Shown here in pieces: positions 48,637 to 62,389 of a DNA stretch of 64,000 nt. The first letter of the stretch is position 1; each line of letters starts with the position of its first letter. Under the pieces are notes generated by a model, which saw only the letters and a list, made by a program, of their open reading frames with translations, made no database searches and was not told the DNA's origin. The position numbers were made by a program, and so were the translations under genes. Source of the DNA: Selaginella moellendorffii (lineage: Eukaryota > Plantae > Lycopodiophyta); assembly GCF_000143415.4 (NCBI RefSeq), contig NW_003314301.1:855020-919019 (forward strand), in the 5' to 3' direction.

Positions 48637-49751
48637 ATGGAGGGAGAAGTAACTTGCGCGAGGTTGCGTCTCCAGGACGATCGATCGGTGTACGCGAGGG
48701 TGCAATGGACGCCGGGCGCCTTCACGCTGGATGTTTCGGATGGATTCCAGGCATGGAGCTGTTCGCGTAAGTGAGATCTTGGCTTTGGCCCTCATTCCGG
48801 CTCTGGAGCTCTGTGTAGCATCCCGCGACATGATCGAGGACCGGGCTAGCCAGTGGGATCAATCCGTGGCCGATTATCTCCGAGACGTGAGGAGCCGATT
48901 GAGCGAGCACCAAGCTTCGTCCGTGTATAAGCTTGAGACTCCCTCAAGTAATGAAGCAAAAGTAAGAACCGATTGTTTTTCTTTCTTTCTTCCTGCCTTT
49001 CTTCTTGTTTGATCTCGAAGGCTCTGTCGTTTGATCTTGTATAGTTGTCTTGGACGATCCAGAGAGCTGGAACCACGTTGGAATCGCGCTGGAAGCTGAT
49101 AAAATCAGCGGATTCCAAAGCGATAAATTGCCAGATTCTAGACTTTGTTCTAGAGGCAGACACGAAGATAAGAGTACGTGACTCTTTCGAGTTCTAGATT
49201 GAGAGCCTTTCTGTGCAGGAGGAGCTCAAGAACAAGACGAGACTATTTAACAGCATGAAAGCCGAGGTTGATAAATATCTGGAGCAAAACAAGAGACTCG
49301 TTCAAGAAAAGAACCAATCCGAGGAGGAGCTTATTCGCAAAGTAAGATCGCCTGTAAACTTTGGCTTGTGTGATTGACGAGCACATCTCTCCAGTTTGTG
49401 GCCTTGCTCAATTCAAAGAAAGCCAAGCTTCGCGAGCTCCAATTGGCCGTTCCTACACCGTCTAGACGATCAAGCAGCGGAGACGATGACGAAGAAGAAG
49501 AGGCTACCGACAGAGAAGACAATGGTGACGAAGAGGATGATGATCAATCCTCCATTAGAATGGCGGCATCTCCCTCTCAACAAAGTATCTCCCCCAAACT
49601 CAAGCAACGAGAGATCGTTCCCGAGAGTCCCATTGCTCCGGAGAGTCCATCCACAGCAACGAGCTTGAAGCAAACTCCAAGAGACGATAGTTTGATGCTA
49701 CGAAGCTCATCGAACTATACCAGTATTCCTCGAAAAAGGAAGCTTTTATAG
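48637..49751 (+). CDS. XRCC4: XRCC4 NHEJ factor, multi-exon
   Basis: LDVSDGFQAWSCS, RASQWDQSVADYL, LSWTIQRAGTTLESRWK, ILDFVLEAD, FVALLNSKKAKLREL. Confidence 0.88.
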
Positions 49752-49884
49752 TTCTAATACCTTAAACTCTGTATATATGTTATATATTAATTGATTAAAC
49801 CCTTATAGCTAGCTTTTTTCTTTTCTTTTCAATATGAAGTTGGTACTTTTTTTATCAATGTGGCATTGAGTTCAAGGGCTTTGC

Positions 49885-50945
49885 ATAAGAAACCTTTCGG
49901 CCTGGCTTTGAATCTTACTCATCGCGGGTGCCCTGATGAGTTCTCTGAACAATCTGTGGCTGAAAATAAAATAAAAATCAAAACATTTGTATTTGTTTGC
50001 AGAGAAATTGAGGAAGGTGAGAAACAGATATATTGGCTACAAAAGATGGCGTCTTCAAATGTTTCCATGATAACACTACAGATCATATCGAGTTTGCAGA
50101 CAGGAAAGCCATTGATTTCAGGATAGATGCCAGCAGCCTGCGGGGCATTTAGTGCAATGGATTTCTTCAAATTTGATTATCTGAAAGCATTCATGTTATA
50201 TCATGACTGTAATCCTGGTTGCGGAATGAAAACCTCTGCTTGAATCGAACTGTTTTAAGCTCCTTCAATGTAACGTCAACTGTCCCAAGAAAAATAAAAC
50301 AAAAACACCCAAAGTCGGAAGTGTTGACTCACTGACAAAGTGTCCAGTTATGATTTTGCCTTCAACTTCAATGTCCAGTGCATGTCAACCAACATGTAAG
50401 CTTAAATGTATTGGCAGATGGACTCTTCACAAATTCGGATACAAAGAATCGTATCTATCGGATGAATGGCTGACCAAGCTGATTATTATTCACTGGTTTG
50501 CTCCTTTGTCACTAATTTACATGGCTAATCTCACAGACAGTCCCAAATCCCTTCTCATGGATGAAGCTTCAAAACTAACGAAGGACTCGCACCAGGTATA
50601 AATTAGTGATGAAGTGGACTAGACTTGGGCTAAACTTCGGACTGTATTTTCTAGACTCTAGAGGAGCTCACTTCAGACGAATACCTCGACTACATCAGTA
50701 AGTTTGTAATTGCACCATATAAAGATAGTATCGTGCCTGTGATGAGTACAAGCCAAATCTCAAGTGAGAGCAGCCTGTTAGTGCTGAGCGATCTGGTTGA
50801 CAAGGCACACACAAGAGGCTTGCAAGTTCATCCTTGGACATTCCAGAATGAGTATCATTTCTTGCACAAGGACTTCCATTATTAAGAGTTTGATTTTTGG
50901 CTAGACAAGATTAGCGTTGATGGCATCTTCACTGATTTCCCCATA
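49885..50945 (+). pseudogene. Glycerophosphodiester phosphodiesterase (GDPD5/6-like) pseudogene with internal inversion
   Basis: HRG, TDILATKDG..CFHD, LQVHPWTFQNE, VDGIFTDFP on +. TLKELKTVRFKQRFSFR and GIYPEI on - (~50108-50395). Confidence 0.8.
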
Positions 50946-52479
50946 CAAAAGAAAGCTCTTCATTAGATTATTTATTTTGATTATTATTTCTCTTTAGTTT
51001 TTGTTCAAGTCATCTAGCTCCCATTAAGTTTCTGGAGTGTTGCACCAACACGATGAGCAATGGGATCATATGCAGCATTTTTCTTAAGAAGAGATTATGA
51101 ATTGGGCTGATTATCAGGTTGATTTGGTTGTCACCTTTTTAAAAATGCCAAGGAACTTGCTACCAACAGGCATGACATTTTGCATGCCAATAAAGTGACC
51201 ATTTAGTTGTTGCCTGACAAGCATGTATGGTGAGACTAGAGAAGATGTCACCAAGGGATCATCCAGTGTTGCAACATGATTCTTCACATCATAAGTTTTG
51301 GTTAGAGATATTGTTTGTTTGCAAAATGGCACAACCGATGCTTTTGGCAAAATAATATTGTCACAGAGAATATGTAACTGTGTATCGTTGAAAATGAGTT
51401 TTGGAAGGAAAAAAACACACTCCACACCATGCTGGCTGGTCTGCTGTTCAAGAATTTATATGAAAAACTAGATTATGTTCTATTTTTAAAATACTTTTTG
51501 ATGTCTATATTATAAGCCATATTGTGTTCCAATTTTTTATTACATATAAAACATCATAATGTTATATATATAAAAACTAGATTATGTTCTAGTTCTATAA
51601 TAGTGCTTGAGAGTATATCTATATTAAAAACCATAGTATGTTCTAGTTTAGAACATAAATTATATACAGAAAAAACATTAACATTAAGTTTTACATTAAA
51701 AACATAGTTTTAAAATAATTTTCAAGAAAATTATATGTTATCTAGTAGAAACTATATTGATTCACAGAACCATATGTTATGTATATTGCTTGCTATATTC
51801 AGTTCTACTATACTGTAAAAGAATTAAAAAAAAAACCATGCATGGAATGAAAACCATATTGACAGGCATACTGTATCACCTTTAATTTCAAGAAAGGCAT
51901 CAATTTTTTTGTGCTTGGAATTTGAAAAAGAAAAATAAAAAATATCTTATAGTGATCAAGCCTTATCCATGACCTCTGTTTAGAAATCCCTTCAATGCCA
52001 TATACCTAGAATCTCCCAAGAGTTAAGTAAAGTTTCTTCTTGAAGCCATCACTTCAGTGTGGTTAAGGCCATTCATAAAGGTGTGAGAAAGGCCTCTAAA
52101 CAAAGGAAGAGCTAAACAGACTATCCACCTTCCATAGTTAAAACCAAAGAACTGAAGCATCAAAAAAAGACTTTTCTACAAGCACAAAGTTTTGTCACAT
52201 TTAGCACTAGTCCATAATTCTCATGTATAATGAAATTGGCATGGAAAAAAGAGAAGAAGCTATGAAAAGAACCTTAGATCAATCTATTGAGCTAAGCTTC
52301 TTTTTATTAAAAGATTGTAACTTCTCCAAACTCAAGAACAAGATTTGTCTCCTTTGTCATAGTGGACAAAGCTGCAATCCTTTTGAAATCTTGCATAGGT
52401 GAGTTTGGAGATGATATTTAAACATCACACAATAAAATGTATTCAGTGAGGCTCTTGCCTTTTTTAAATTAGGTATATT

Positions 52480-52830
52480 CTTACCCAGTTGTTTAGATGA
52501 GCTTGGGGCTAAGCCTCAGACAGTGTATGCCATGGTGCAATGCATTGGGCACATTCGCTCATGTAAGTGAAAGCTCTGCTTGCTTTGGTATTCATTCCAG
52601 CTATAGAGCTAGCATCTGATCAAGAAAGAGCTGATTGAGCAAGCACTAAAGCACTGAATCAAAAGTCATGTTTATCTCTTTCTTCCTGCCTTTCTTCTTG
52701 TTTTTTTTTAATCTTAGAGGCTAATCTTGTATAGTTGTCTTGGACAATTCAGAGAGCTGAAACCATATTGAATTACAGTGGAATGTGATGATGTGATAAA
52801 TTCACCAGATTCTAAAGCAATATTTTGCTA
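52480..52830 (+). pseudogene. Degraded XRCC4 5' fragment
   Basis: Matches 48630-49130 including intron sequence TCTTTCTTCCTGCCTTTCTTCTTG and TTGTATAGTTGTCTTGGAC. Confidence 0.7.
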
Positions 52831-53903
52831 TGGATTAGGACAATTATGGAGATATTCTTTTATGCAAGTAAATTAAAATTATTAAGCTTTTTCAGGAGCT
52901 TGTCATCAAGAGAAGGGAAAATAATAAAATTATTAATAAAATACTAAATAATGAAAAAGAAAAAATAAATTTATCTAAGTATAAAGTCCTTAAAACTCTA
53001 TCTTTATAGGGCTAAGATGGAAACTAATCCAAAAACGTGGGTATAGAATCTTAGATACCCATCCATGTGTATAGCATTCAAATCCCATGAGCAAAGATTT
53101 GAAGTTTAATTCACCAGTGGTACAGAAAGATCACAAATGCATGATAATATTAAATTAAATATAAATAAATTTTAAAGAAGAGATACCAAATATGCTCTAT
53201 AAAGCTGATCAATCAAGAATGTAATTTCCATATTTTTATTTTGATGGTGCTAAAACTGACTTAGTCTGGACAAAACCTCTAAAACAATTAGCGAAACAGT
53301 TTGATAGAGACAAGCAAAGGCTTTACCAACATAGATCACATCAACACCACAATCATCATGCCAAGATCTAGAATTGTTGCTTGTTTCTCCAGTTAAGCTC
53401 TGCCATCTTCAAAAGATAAAAGTTAAATGAAACCATAAATTATTAAGGAAAACAAAGAGAAATAGATCAAGAGAGAGCTAGAAAGAAATATGTGATTGAT
53501 TATATGTGTTTTTTTTCTTAGGCAACTTAGCTAATGGGTTAGTTCATGGTAGCATATCATCCTGCCAAGTCATTTAAATCTATTGGATACATAATGCTAG
53601 TATATATAGTACACCTTACATAATATTACACATGCTTATGTCAATATAAAATTGCTATTGACATGCCATTGACATACGAGTACATAGAATGTTGATCTTT
53701 TGCTAACCAAAATAAAAACAAATGAATCTTTTTAGAAGCTTTTCCTTCCCCCTCCATGACTTTATATATGATATATTCCATCTTGTTAATTTTCTCCAAT
53801 TATGGTTTTCATTTTGAAAGTAGACTCTTTGTACTTGTGGAGATTAGCATATTCCATTACATATATCCTAACTTCTCTTTGAGATGTCACTTAAGTCTAC
53901 CCT

Positions 53904-54340
53904 TATCACGAATGTGACTTCAGGTATCGAAAGTTACCTGTTAGCTAGTCTTTTCAGATATTCTTTCCTTACTGCCATGATGGCAGGAGGTCGGTATTGC
54001 TAGACCCTTTATTAGTCTCCACCTAAGTTAATTGAGAAACTAGTTATCACATGTGCACTTAGACTGGAAGGGCACTAAAGAAGGAAATCCTAAATTGTCA
54101 TTTGTCAAGTAGACTTGACACAGTGATGAGAAACTCATGATATTGACTTGCACTTGCTAGTGTTGAGAACCCTCGTGATATTGAGCTTGGTCCCTCAATA
54201 TTCGCTAAATGATTATTGCTTACTATGTTTGCCAAACACCCTTGCTATCATGCCCTTTGTGTTAATTTCCTTTTGGTCCCAAATACTATTTATGGAAAGT
54301 GTCTAGATTCGCTCATTTGGCACATCTACAGAATGTAGAG
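53904..54340 (+). mobile_element. LTR fragment, inverted copy of the LTR at ~62390-62808
   Basis: ~400 bp of reverse-complement similarity. Confidence 0.7.
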
Positions 54341-54965
54341 ATTATTTTAAACACAATAGTGTTCGTCCTGTGTCCAAATTCACAATCTAAGGACATTCCA
54401 TATTTAGTAAATTTTGAGCTTGTCCCAGAGATTAACTCCTGATACTTGAGGGAAAGGGCTCATGAATAAGAGTGCACCTTCTTTTCCAATCGGTTAAAGA
54501 TCTTGGGATATTTAGGGTTAAGCATCCTTGGGTTTGAATAGTACTAGGCTAGTTGGTAGAGTACCCATATCCTTGCATTAGGCCACTAGTATGTTGAAAT
54601 AACACAAGACTTTGTTTGGCTCTGTTTTGTGTACTGGTCCTGGCATTAAGATACTGGATACTCTAGGATTGTTCCAAGTCACTCCATGCTTCTATCCCTT
54701 CGCTCTTGGGCTGTATGCTCGGGAGTTATTCCGTGGTCTTGTTCCTTCACTCTTTGGCTTCTAGTTTAGGAGTTTGGCACTGTTCTTTCGTTCAATGGCC
54801 CAAGGCTCTAAAACTCAAGTTTTGCACCACTGTCCTTTGGACACATGGCATATGGCATGTGGCATGTGACATGTGGCATATGAAGGGTTTAGGTTCCACT
54901 TCTGTGGTTATCCTATAGTAAATCATTATAGGATAAAAGGTAAAAACCGTGCACTACAACCCCTT

Positions 54966-57900
54966 TGTAAACAACCAAAAAGAACGACTCGAAAGACAAT
55001 CTATAAAGATTTAAATATAGAGGGAAAAGATATATAAATAAAGAGTGCACCCTTTTTTCCAATCAGTTAAGGGTCTTGGGATATTCGGGGTTAAGTGTCA
55101 TTAGATTTGAATAATACTAGGTTGGGTGACATCTTAGGAAGTTTAAATTCAGAAGCTTATATTTGGTATCAAAGCAATATGGGGTCCGACTCTGTTAGTT
55201 GGATAAGGAAATCACACCACATGTTAAAATTGATATTTGATAGGCCCAATTTGCTTTAGTTGGGCTCGACCTGTGAACTTGTAGGAAAGTGTGGTGGATT
55301 GTAAGCAACCAAAGGGAACGACTCGAAAGACAATTCATAAAGGTTTAAATATAGAGGAAAAAGGTTAAATTCAATTTACTCTAGTTAGGCTCAACCCAAG
55401 GGTAGGGTGTTAAGAGAGCAGGGCTCAAGAGAGAGCTGTTGTATATATGTGGTAGTGGCTAAAGTGGAAGCCAAATGAGAGTAATATATTTGGACTAAAA
55501 GCTTCGACTTGGAAAGTCGAGTCAGGAATGAGCACGAAACAAGCAGTAAGTGAGTCTCTAGAAAAGGGACATAAGAGGACCAATATATGACACATGGAGG
55601 ACCCGAGATGGAGTCTGAGATGGACCAAAGATAGAGTCCGAGATGGACCCGAGATGGAATCCGAGATGGACCCGAGATGGAGTTCAAGATGGAGTTTGAG
55701 ATGGACCTGAGATGGAGTTCGAGATGGAGTCTGAGATGAACCCGAGATGGAGTCCGAGATGGAGACCAAGACTGAGTCCGAGTCCGAGTCTAAATTCGAG
55801 ATTGAGACTAAGACCGAGTCTGAGTTCGAGTCCGAGTCCGAGTCCAAATACTAATATAGGCTTTCACTCGTGGAGGACCTGAGATGGAGTCTGAGATGGA
55901 CCCAAGATAGAGTCCAAGATGGAGTCTAAGGACCTGAGATGAAGTCCGAGATGTAGATCGAGACTGAGACTGAGTCCGAGATGGACCCGAGATGGAGTTC
56001 GAAATGGATTTGAGATGGAGTTCGAGATGGAGTCTAAGATGGACCTGAGATGGAGTCTAAGATGGAGACCGAGATCGAGTCCAAGTCCGAGTCCGAGTCC
56101 GAGACCGAGACTGAGACCGAGTCTTAGTCCAAGTTCGAGTCTGAATCCGAGTCTGAGTCCGAGTCCAAATACTAATATAGGTTGTTGAGTGAAAGCCCAA
56201 AGCAATCGTCCCTCAGAGGGGGGCTGCAGGGGGTTCCAAAAGTATAGTAGGGAGAGTGTAGGGGTTGGACCTAGTGGAGCCAGTTTAGCCAGAAAAGGCT
56301 AGTGTGACCTAGGAAGGTTATACCTAGGTGTTAGATGATATTATATCCACTGAGGAGTCCAAAGTTAGAGTGAATATGGACAAACAAGCAGGGTAGCATG
56401 GTGAAGTGTTCAAGAGCCAACTTTAGTTCCCTTGGGAGATCGAATGGCTGATACTCCCAGTCCAAGCATGGGTGGCACTACCTACTTGGATACCTGGTGT
56501 GGCTCAATAGAACCTCACTCTAGCCCCATGGCTAAAGCACCTAAAGGCAGAAGGTGGGGAGAGTACCCATGAGGCTCGTGTAGGGCCATGGTGTTTCGAA
56601 ATGTTGTCCCAAAGTCCCAGACTGTGAAAAGGAAGAGGGGCAATCCTCTGGTGTAGTGACCAAGGATACGGTTACATAGTGAGGAAGTCTCAAAGGACAG
56701 TGGGACTTAGTGGTCGGACCAGTGGGCCTTGACCCAGTGGCAATGTTAGCGAACACGACCATGGATAGATAGGGACTTGGTGGGGATTGAAAAAGGGATA
56801 TTGAAGAAGGTTATTTTTTATGTCTACAAGTGTTCTAAGGATGCTAAGGAGTGGATTTGGGATGATTACGCATGGATGGATGGCCCAGTTTTTGAGAGAC
56901 AGGATTGTGATGTCGGTGGTGTTGAATCACCGGTGTGACAAAAGTGAATAGGTATAGCCTTAGTGTAACGGGCTAATATATTAGTGGTACCTTTAGGTGG
57001 CGGTTATGGGATGGGACATGTGGAGCACTTGGACCAAGGGCAAAGGTTGAGTGGCATGGATGCCAAGCCCCAAGTCCAGAATATGACTTATGGAGGTTGT
57101 AAGTGAGACTCCTCCAAATGGTTGGGGTGTGGTTAAGTGACTAAAGTAGAATGAAAAATTTAGTCGCTTACAATTTAGTATCGAAGTTATTCTTTAGTCC
57201 AACTTTTATTGGTGCTTAAGTATATTACCACTTGTGTTGGCATTGGAAGGTTCTAGGAGTGGGCCTATCCTTGAGGAGTAGTAAGTCGGGAGAGCATAGT
57301 TTTCCACTATAGTTCATGTGTGAACTTGTAGGCAAGGTGGTGGATACAAAAGGGCCAATAAAGGAATAATTTTGGGATCTTGGGAATACTATAAGGTTTT
57401 CTTTAGAGAGTTGAGGATGTGATCCAGATGAGCATTTGACTTAGCAAACTAGCTAATGTAGTTGTGGTAAATAACTATAGTTGGGATCACAAGAAAGATA
57501 AAGATTTTAAAATAATAAAGGAGTCATAAGATTATCCTTATATAGTTGAGGTTGGTACTCATGAATTTAAAACTAGAATTAATAACCGTGGAAGGTCAAA
57601 TACGGATAAGGACACAAGTCCTTGAAATAGTAGCTAGGGTTACATTTTATAAATGTTGGAACAAACCTAAGGAGTTTGGGGTGTATTGAAATGATGAATG
57701 AGTATTCTCATCATATGGATAGATAGTCCTAAGGGGCAAAAGTAACCTATAAGGAACGAAAAATAATCAAGTATTATGCTAAAATAAATAGCTGAAAATG
57801 CTAAAGAGATTTACTAGGGGTAAACACCCTCTAGACTTGGCAAAGCAAAGTCTTTGTTATGGAACCGAAAGAATACCTTGAGAATGAAAGTAGTGATCCT

Positions 57901-60365
57901 ATGTTGTTAAGTGCAATAGTCAAAAGATAAGAGTAAAAGACTAGTGGCTAAGAAAAGAGCCATGGGAATCATAGGAAGAAATCCAAAGAGCAAAGTTAGG
58001 CCAGGAACACTAAAGTATTGGATGCTAACGGATTGTGGGAAAGATAATATATTTCCAAGGATGGATTCCACACTGCTCTGATTTGGCGAAAGTGGAAGCT
58101 CTAAGGGAGGGAGTGGCAAGGTAGCCAAATGATAAGGCCATAGACAGCTTTAGCATCAATTATGATAACTAGAACTTAGTGCCAAAAGTGGCAAGAAATA
58201 AAAAAGAGGATGATAGTGCTCTTAAGTAGAGAACTTCCTAGGATGGGGAAGTGGAGTTTGCACAATATGTGCAATGTAAGATGACAGGGGCACCTAAAAA
58301 GTTGATTTCGAGAAGTCAAAATTAAAAATTCCAAAGTGCAAAGGTTATATTGATGGAAACTGAGACTACTCAAGAATGAGTAGTGAGATTCAAATAAAGA
58401 AGGTGTCTCTAATAGGTTTAGCAAGAACTAAACTAATAAAAGGAGAGAACCACCATAAGTGGTTGAATGAGTTTCTAAGTTGGAGAGGCTATGCTCCTTA
58501 AAGGATGGACAAGGCATAGTGAGCCTTGGTGTCAAACTATTGACGAATATTGGCTAAGTGTCAAAGATGGAAAGGGTAATACATGTTGGTGTTACTTTAT
58601 AAAATGGTTTATCGTTCGATGAGGACATTGAATTTTATCTATGGGTGGTGGAGTTGTGAGACACAAATCTCAGAGCCCCAAAAGTGGAGCCAAAAGGGTG
58701 CCACGTGGTAGTGGTTGAAATGGAAGCCAAACAAGAGTAACACATTTAGACTAAAAGCTCTGACTTGGATAATCGAGAGTGGGAGTAGAACTCTTAATGA
58801 AGTACTCGAGGAACGAGCACGAAATAAGCAGTAAGTGAGTCTCTAGAAAAGGGACATAAAAGGACCCAAGATGGAGTCCAAGAAGATGGAGTTCGAGATG
58901 AAGTCCGAGATGGACCTGAGACGGAATTTGAAATGGACCCGAGATGGAGTTCGAGATGGAGTCTGAGATGGATCCAAGATGGAGTCTGAGATGGAGTCCG
59001 AGATAGACCCGAGATGGACCCGAGATAGAGTCCGAGATGGACCTAAGATGGAGTCCGAGACCGAGTCCGAGTCCGAGTCTAAGTCCGAGACCGAGACCAA
59101 GACCAAGTCTGAGTCCAAGTCCTAGTTCGAGTCCGAATACTACTATAGGTTGTTGGGTGAAAGCCCAAAGCAATCGTCCTCTAAGGGGGGGGCTGTAAAG
59201 GGTTCCAAAAGTATAGTAGGGAGAGTGTGGGGGTTAGACCCAGTGGAGCTAGTTTAACTAGGAAAGGTTAGTGTGACTTAGAAAGGCTATATCTAGGTGT
59301 TGGGTGATGTTATATCCACTAAGGAGTCTAAAGCTAGAGTGAATATAGACAGACAAGTAAAGTAATTTGGTAAAATGTTTAAGAGCCAAGTCTAGTTCCC
59401 TCGGGTCCAAACATGGGTGGCACTACTTACTTGGATACTTAGTGTGGCTTAATGGAACCTCACTTTAGCCCCATGGCTAGAGCACCCAAAGGTAAAAGGT
59501 GGGGAGAGTACCCATGAGGCTCGCGTAGGGCCACAATATTCCAAAATATTGTCTAAAATCCTAGACTATGAAAAGGAAGAGGTTCAGTCCTTTGGTGTAG
59601 TGACCAAGGATACAACTAGGAAGTCCTAAAAGACAATGGGACTTAATGGTTGGGCCAGTGGGCCTTGACCTAGTAGTAGTGTTGGCGAATATGGCTATGG
59701 ACAGATAAGGACTTGGTGGGGATTGAAAAAAAGGTTGTTCCTTATGTTTACAAGTGTCCTAAGGATGTTAAGGAGTGGATCTGGAATGATCACTCATAGA
59801 TGGATGGCTTAATTTTTGAGAGACAGGACTGTGATGTTAGTAGTGTTGGATCACTGATGTGATAAAGGTGAATGGGCATGGCTTTTAGCATAATAGGTTG
59901 ATATATCAGTGGTACCTTTGAGTAGCGGTTATGAAATCAAACATGTGGAGCATTTGGACCAAATGCAAAGGTTAAGTGGCATGGATGCCATTCTTGGGGC
60001 TAGAAAGCCCCAAGTTCGGAATATAACTTATGGAGGTTGTAAGTGAGACTTCTCCAAATGGTTGAGGGTGTGGTTAAGTGACTAAAGTAGAATGGAAAAT
60101 TTAGTCGCTTATACTATAGCTCTCAACTTCTGTTCACGAGGATGTGAACTTGTAAAAGAGTGTGGTGGATTGTAAGCAACCAAAGGGAACGACTCGAAAG
60201 ACGATCTATAAGGGTTTAAATATAGAGGAAAAAAACCCATGAATAAAAAGTGCACCCTCTTTTCCAATCAGTTAAAAGTCTTGGGATATTCAGGTTAAGT
60301 ATCTTTGGGTTTAAATAATATTAGGCTGGGTGACCTCTCAAAAAGTCCAAATTCAAGACATTACA
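54966..60365 (+). mobile_element. Cassandra-like TRIM with 5S rRNA-derived LTRs (54966-55161, partial 55300-55364, 60171-60365), with a nested insertion
   Basis: LTR core GTTAAG..TGGG..AATAATACTAGGTTGGGTGAC..GGAAGT resembles 5S box A/IE/C. PBS TGGTATCAAAGC, PPT GTGTGGTGGAT, flanks CCCTT/CCCTC. Confidence 0.8.
55449..60113 (+). mobile_element. Non-autonomous large-LTR element (LARD-like); LTRs ~55449-57172 and 58655-60113, ~1.5-kb non-coding internal region
   Basis: Long direct repeats with GAGATGGAGTCC minisatellite. PPT ATGGGTGGTGGAGT is identical to that of the chromovirus at 33015. Confidence 0.85.
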
Positions 60366-60929
60366 CCCTCTTTATTGACCTTATAGTTCTAAATATCCCC
60401 TAAATAGATCTTGGATAAGTTCTATAGTGTATATTGGGTCATTCTTGTCTATGACATCCTATAAACAACTAAAGAGAATGATTTGAGAGATGAAGGTTCA
60501 AATATAAAAGGAAAAAGCCCATAAATAAAAGTCCATCCTTTTATTCAATTGGTTAAAGGGCTTGGGATATTTGGGGTTATGTGTCATTAGGTTTGAATAG
60601 TTCAAATTCAAGAGTTTATGTTTGGCATTAGAGATATCTTGGGTTTGATTTTGTAAGATTCTTATAGAAAGCTATGTCACTCAGCTATTAGTCTAACATT
60701 GCACAATCAAGGTTGCTCCATCGACGAACAAGGCCTCTACATCAACACTATCACCAACATAACTATGACCTAAGCTTAGAAGAAGCACCAACTAACAGCC
60801 CTAGATATCAATGGAGACCAAAACTTAGTTGTTCAACAAGTCCCAAGTCTAGTCATTGCATATCACCAATGAGACACTCACAACTGTGACCCAAGCTCAG
60901 AAGAAGTATTAGCCAACAGCTTTGCAAAT

Positions 60930-61423
60930 TCATGCCCTCATGAACGAAAGCTGAGAGTCATAGCTCCCAAGAGCCCCGCTCTTTTGACACCCTACCCCTT
61001 AGGTTGAGCCTAGCCAAAGCAAACTAAACCTGGCAGATGTCAATTAACATGGTGGTGGGATTCCCCTAAGCCAACCAATAAAGTTGAGGAGAGCCCTGCT
61101 CTTTTAACACCCTACCCTTAAGTTGAGCCCAACCGAAATAAATTAGACCTACCAGATGTCAATTAATATATGGTGTGATTCCCTTAAGTCAACTAATAGA
61201 GTCAAACACAAGACCTCTCTGATACCAAATGTAAGCTCCTGAATTTAGACTTCTTGAGAGGTCACCCACCTCAATACTATTCAAACCCAAAGACATTTAA
61301 CCTCAAGTATCTTAAAACATTTAACAATTAAAAAAGAAGGTGCACTCTTGTTCATAGGCCCTCTCCCTCTATATTTAAACCTTTATGGATCATCTTTCAA
61401 ATTGTTCCTTTTAGTTTTTTACA
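60930..61423 (-). mobile_element. Cassandra-like TRIM, reverse orientation (LTR 61230-61423, PBS 61217-61227); further degenerate LTRs at ~54450-54555 and ~60460-60635
   Basis: Minus strand reads GTTAAATGTCTTTGGGTTTGAATAGTATTGAGGTGGGTGACCTCTCAAGAAGTC...CTTACA|TTTGGTATCAGAG. Confidence 0.75.
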
Positions 61424-62389
61424 TTGCCCTTTAAGTTGGCATTTGTTAGATCCCCTATAGTTGATGTTGAACCTTCTCAGCTCAACATGACATCTTCTCT
61501 AGGAATACAATAATTATTGCATAATTCATTCACCCTTTCACTCAGTCAACTTTTGTACTCGATCCCAGGATTTGGCCAATAGCTAAAAACTCTTGCACGT
61601 TCAAGCCAACCTCTTCTTCATTCTAGTGAAGAGATTCACATTATGGATATTATGGCATCACAAGATCCAGGAGCTTTCATGGCATCAATCACTTTATGAG
61701 ATATAGTTATAATAGAACCACTTTTTTATTTGGGATTAGGGAGTAATGTTATTTCCTTGGTATTGGCAAAGTTTTCTAGGCTCCATATCCATACTATCAT
61801 CCTCAAAACCTTTGTATCATACTGTAATCCTTGCGGGCATATGCTTTTAAGTGCCAATATCAATCCAAAGGATCTCATTGTTAGTGGATTTCATAGTGGT
61901 AAACTCCCAGCAAGTGAACTCACATTCTCTCACCATTCTTATCATCTTAGGATGCTTTTGACACCTCCAAGCAAACACTAAGACATACTAGAAGAAGGGG
62001 ACAATGCAAATTAGTGACAAATCACCACTAGAAAGCTTTACAATGCTCTTTAGTTCTTTGATGGAGAATGTTTCTACTCCTACTTCACAGCCTAAGCCTA
62101 CTCCTACTCATAAGTGGAGTGCTTTTCCACCAGAGTTAGCTATTGTCTCCCTTGAGCTCCTTGACAATCCATCACTACCAAAAATGGATGCATTTAACAT
62201 CTACAATTTTTCTATACCCAATGCTACTATTGAACTATCCATGGCCATCTACTCTAGTGCTATACAGTCCTTATCACAATCAAAACTTGCCTCAAGGCAA
62301 GATTCAATCACGATTCCAAAGATTTGTCACATGTTTGAGGTGATAAACCTTGACTTGATTGTTTTCAGGATAATCTCTACATTCTGTAA

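Noticed and set aside
40328-49751. DNA-repair gene cluster (CSA, MCRS1-like, XRCC4)
   Set aside because: The genes are interspersed with unrelated housekeeping genes, and there is no evidence beyond chance.
49930-49976. CTGATGA...GAAA hammerhead-like core (also at 18142)
   Set aside because: GAAA does not follow stem II and no stems I/III are evident. The first site is GDPD coding remnant.
55085-55145. 5S rRNA gene
   Set aside because: Only the internal promoter part is present, embedded in TRIM LTRs.
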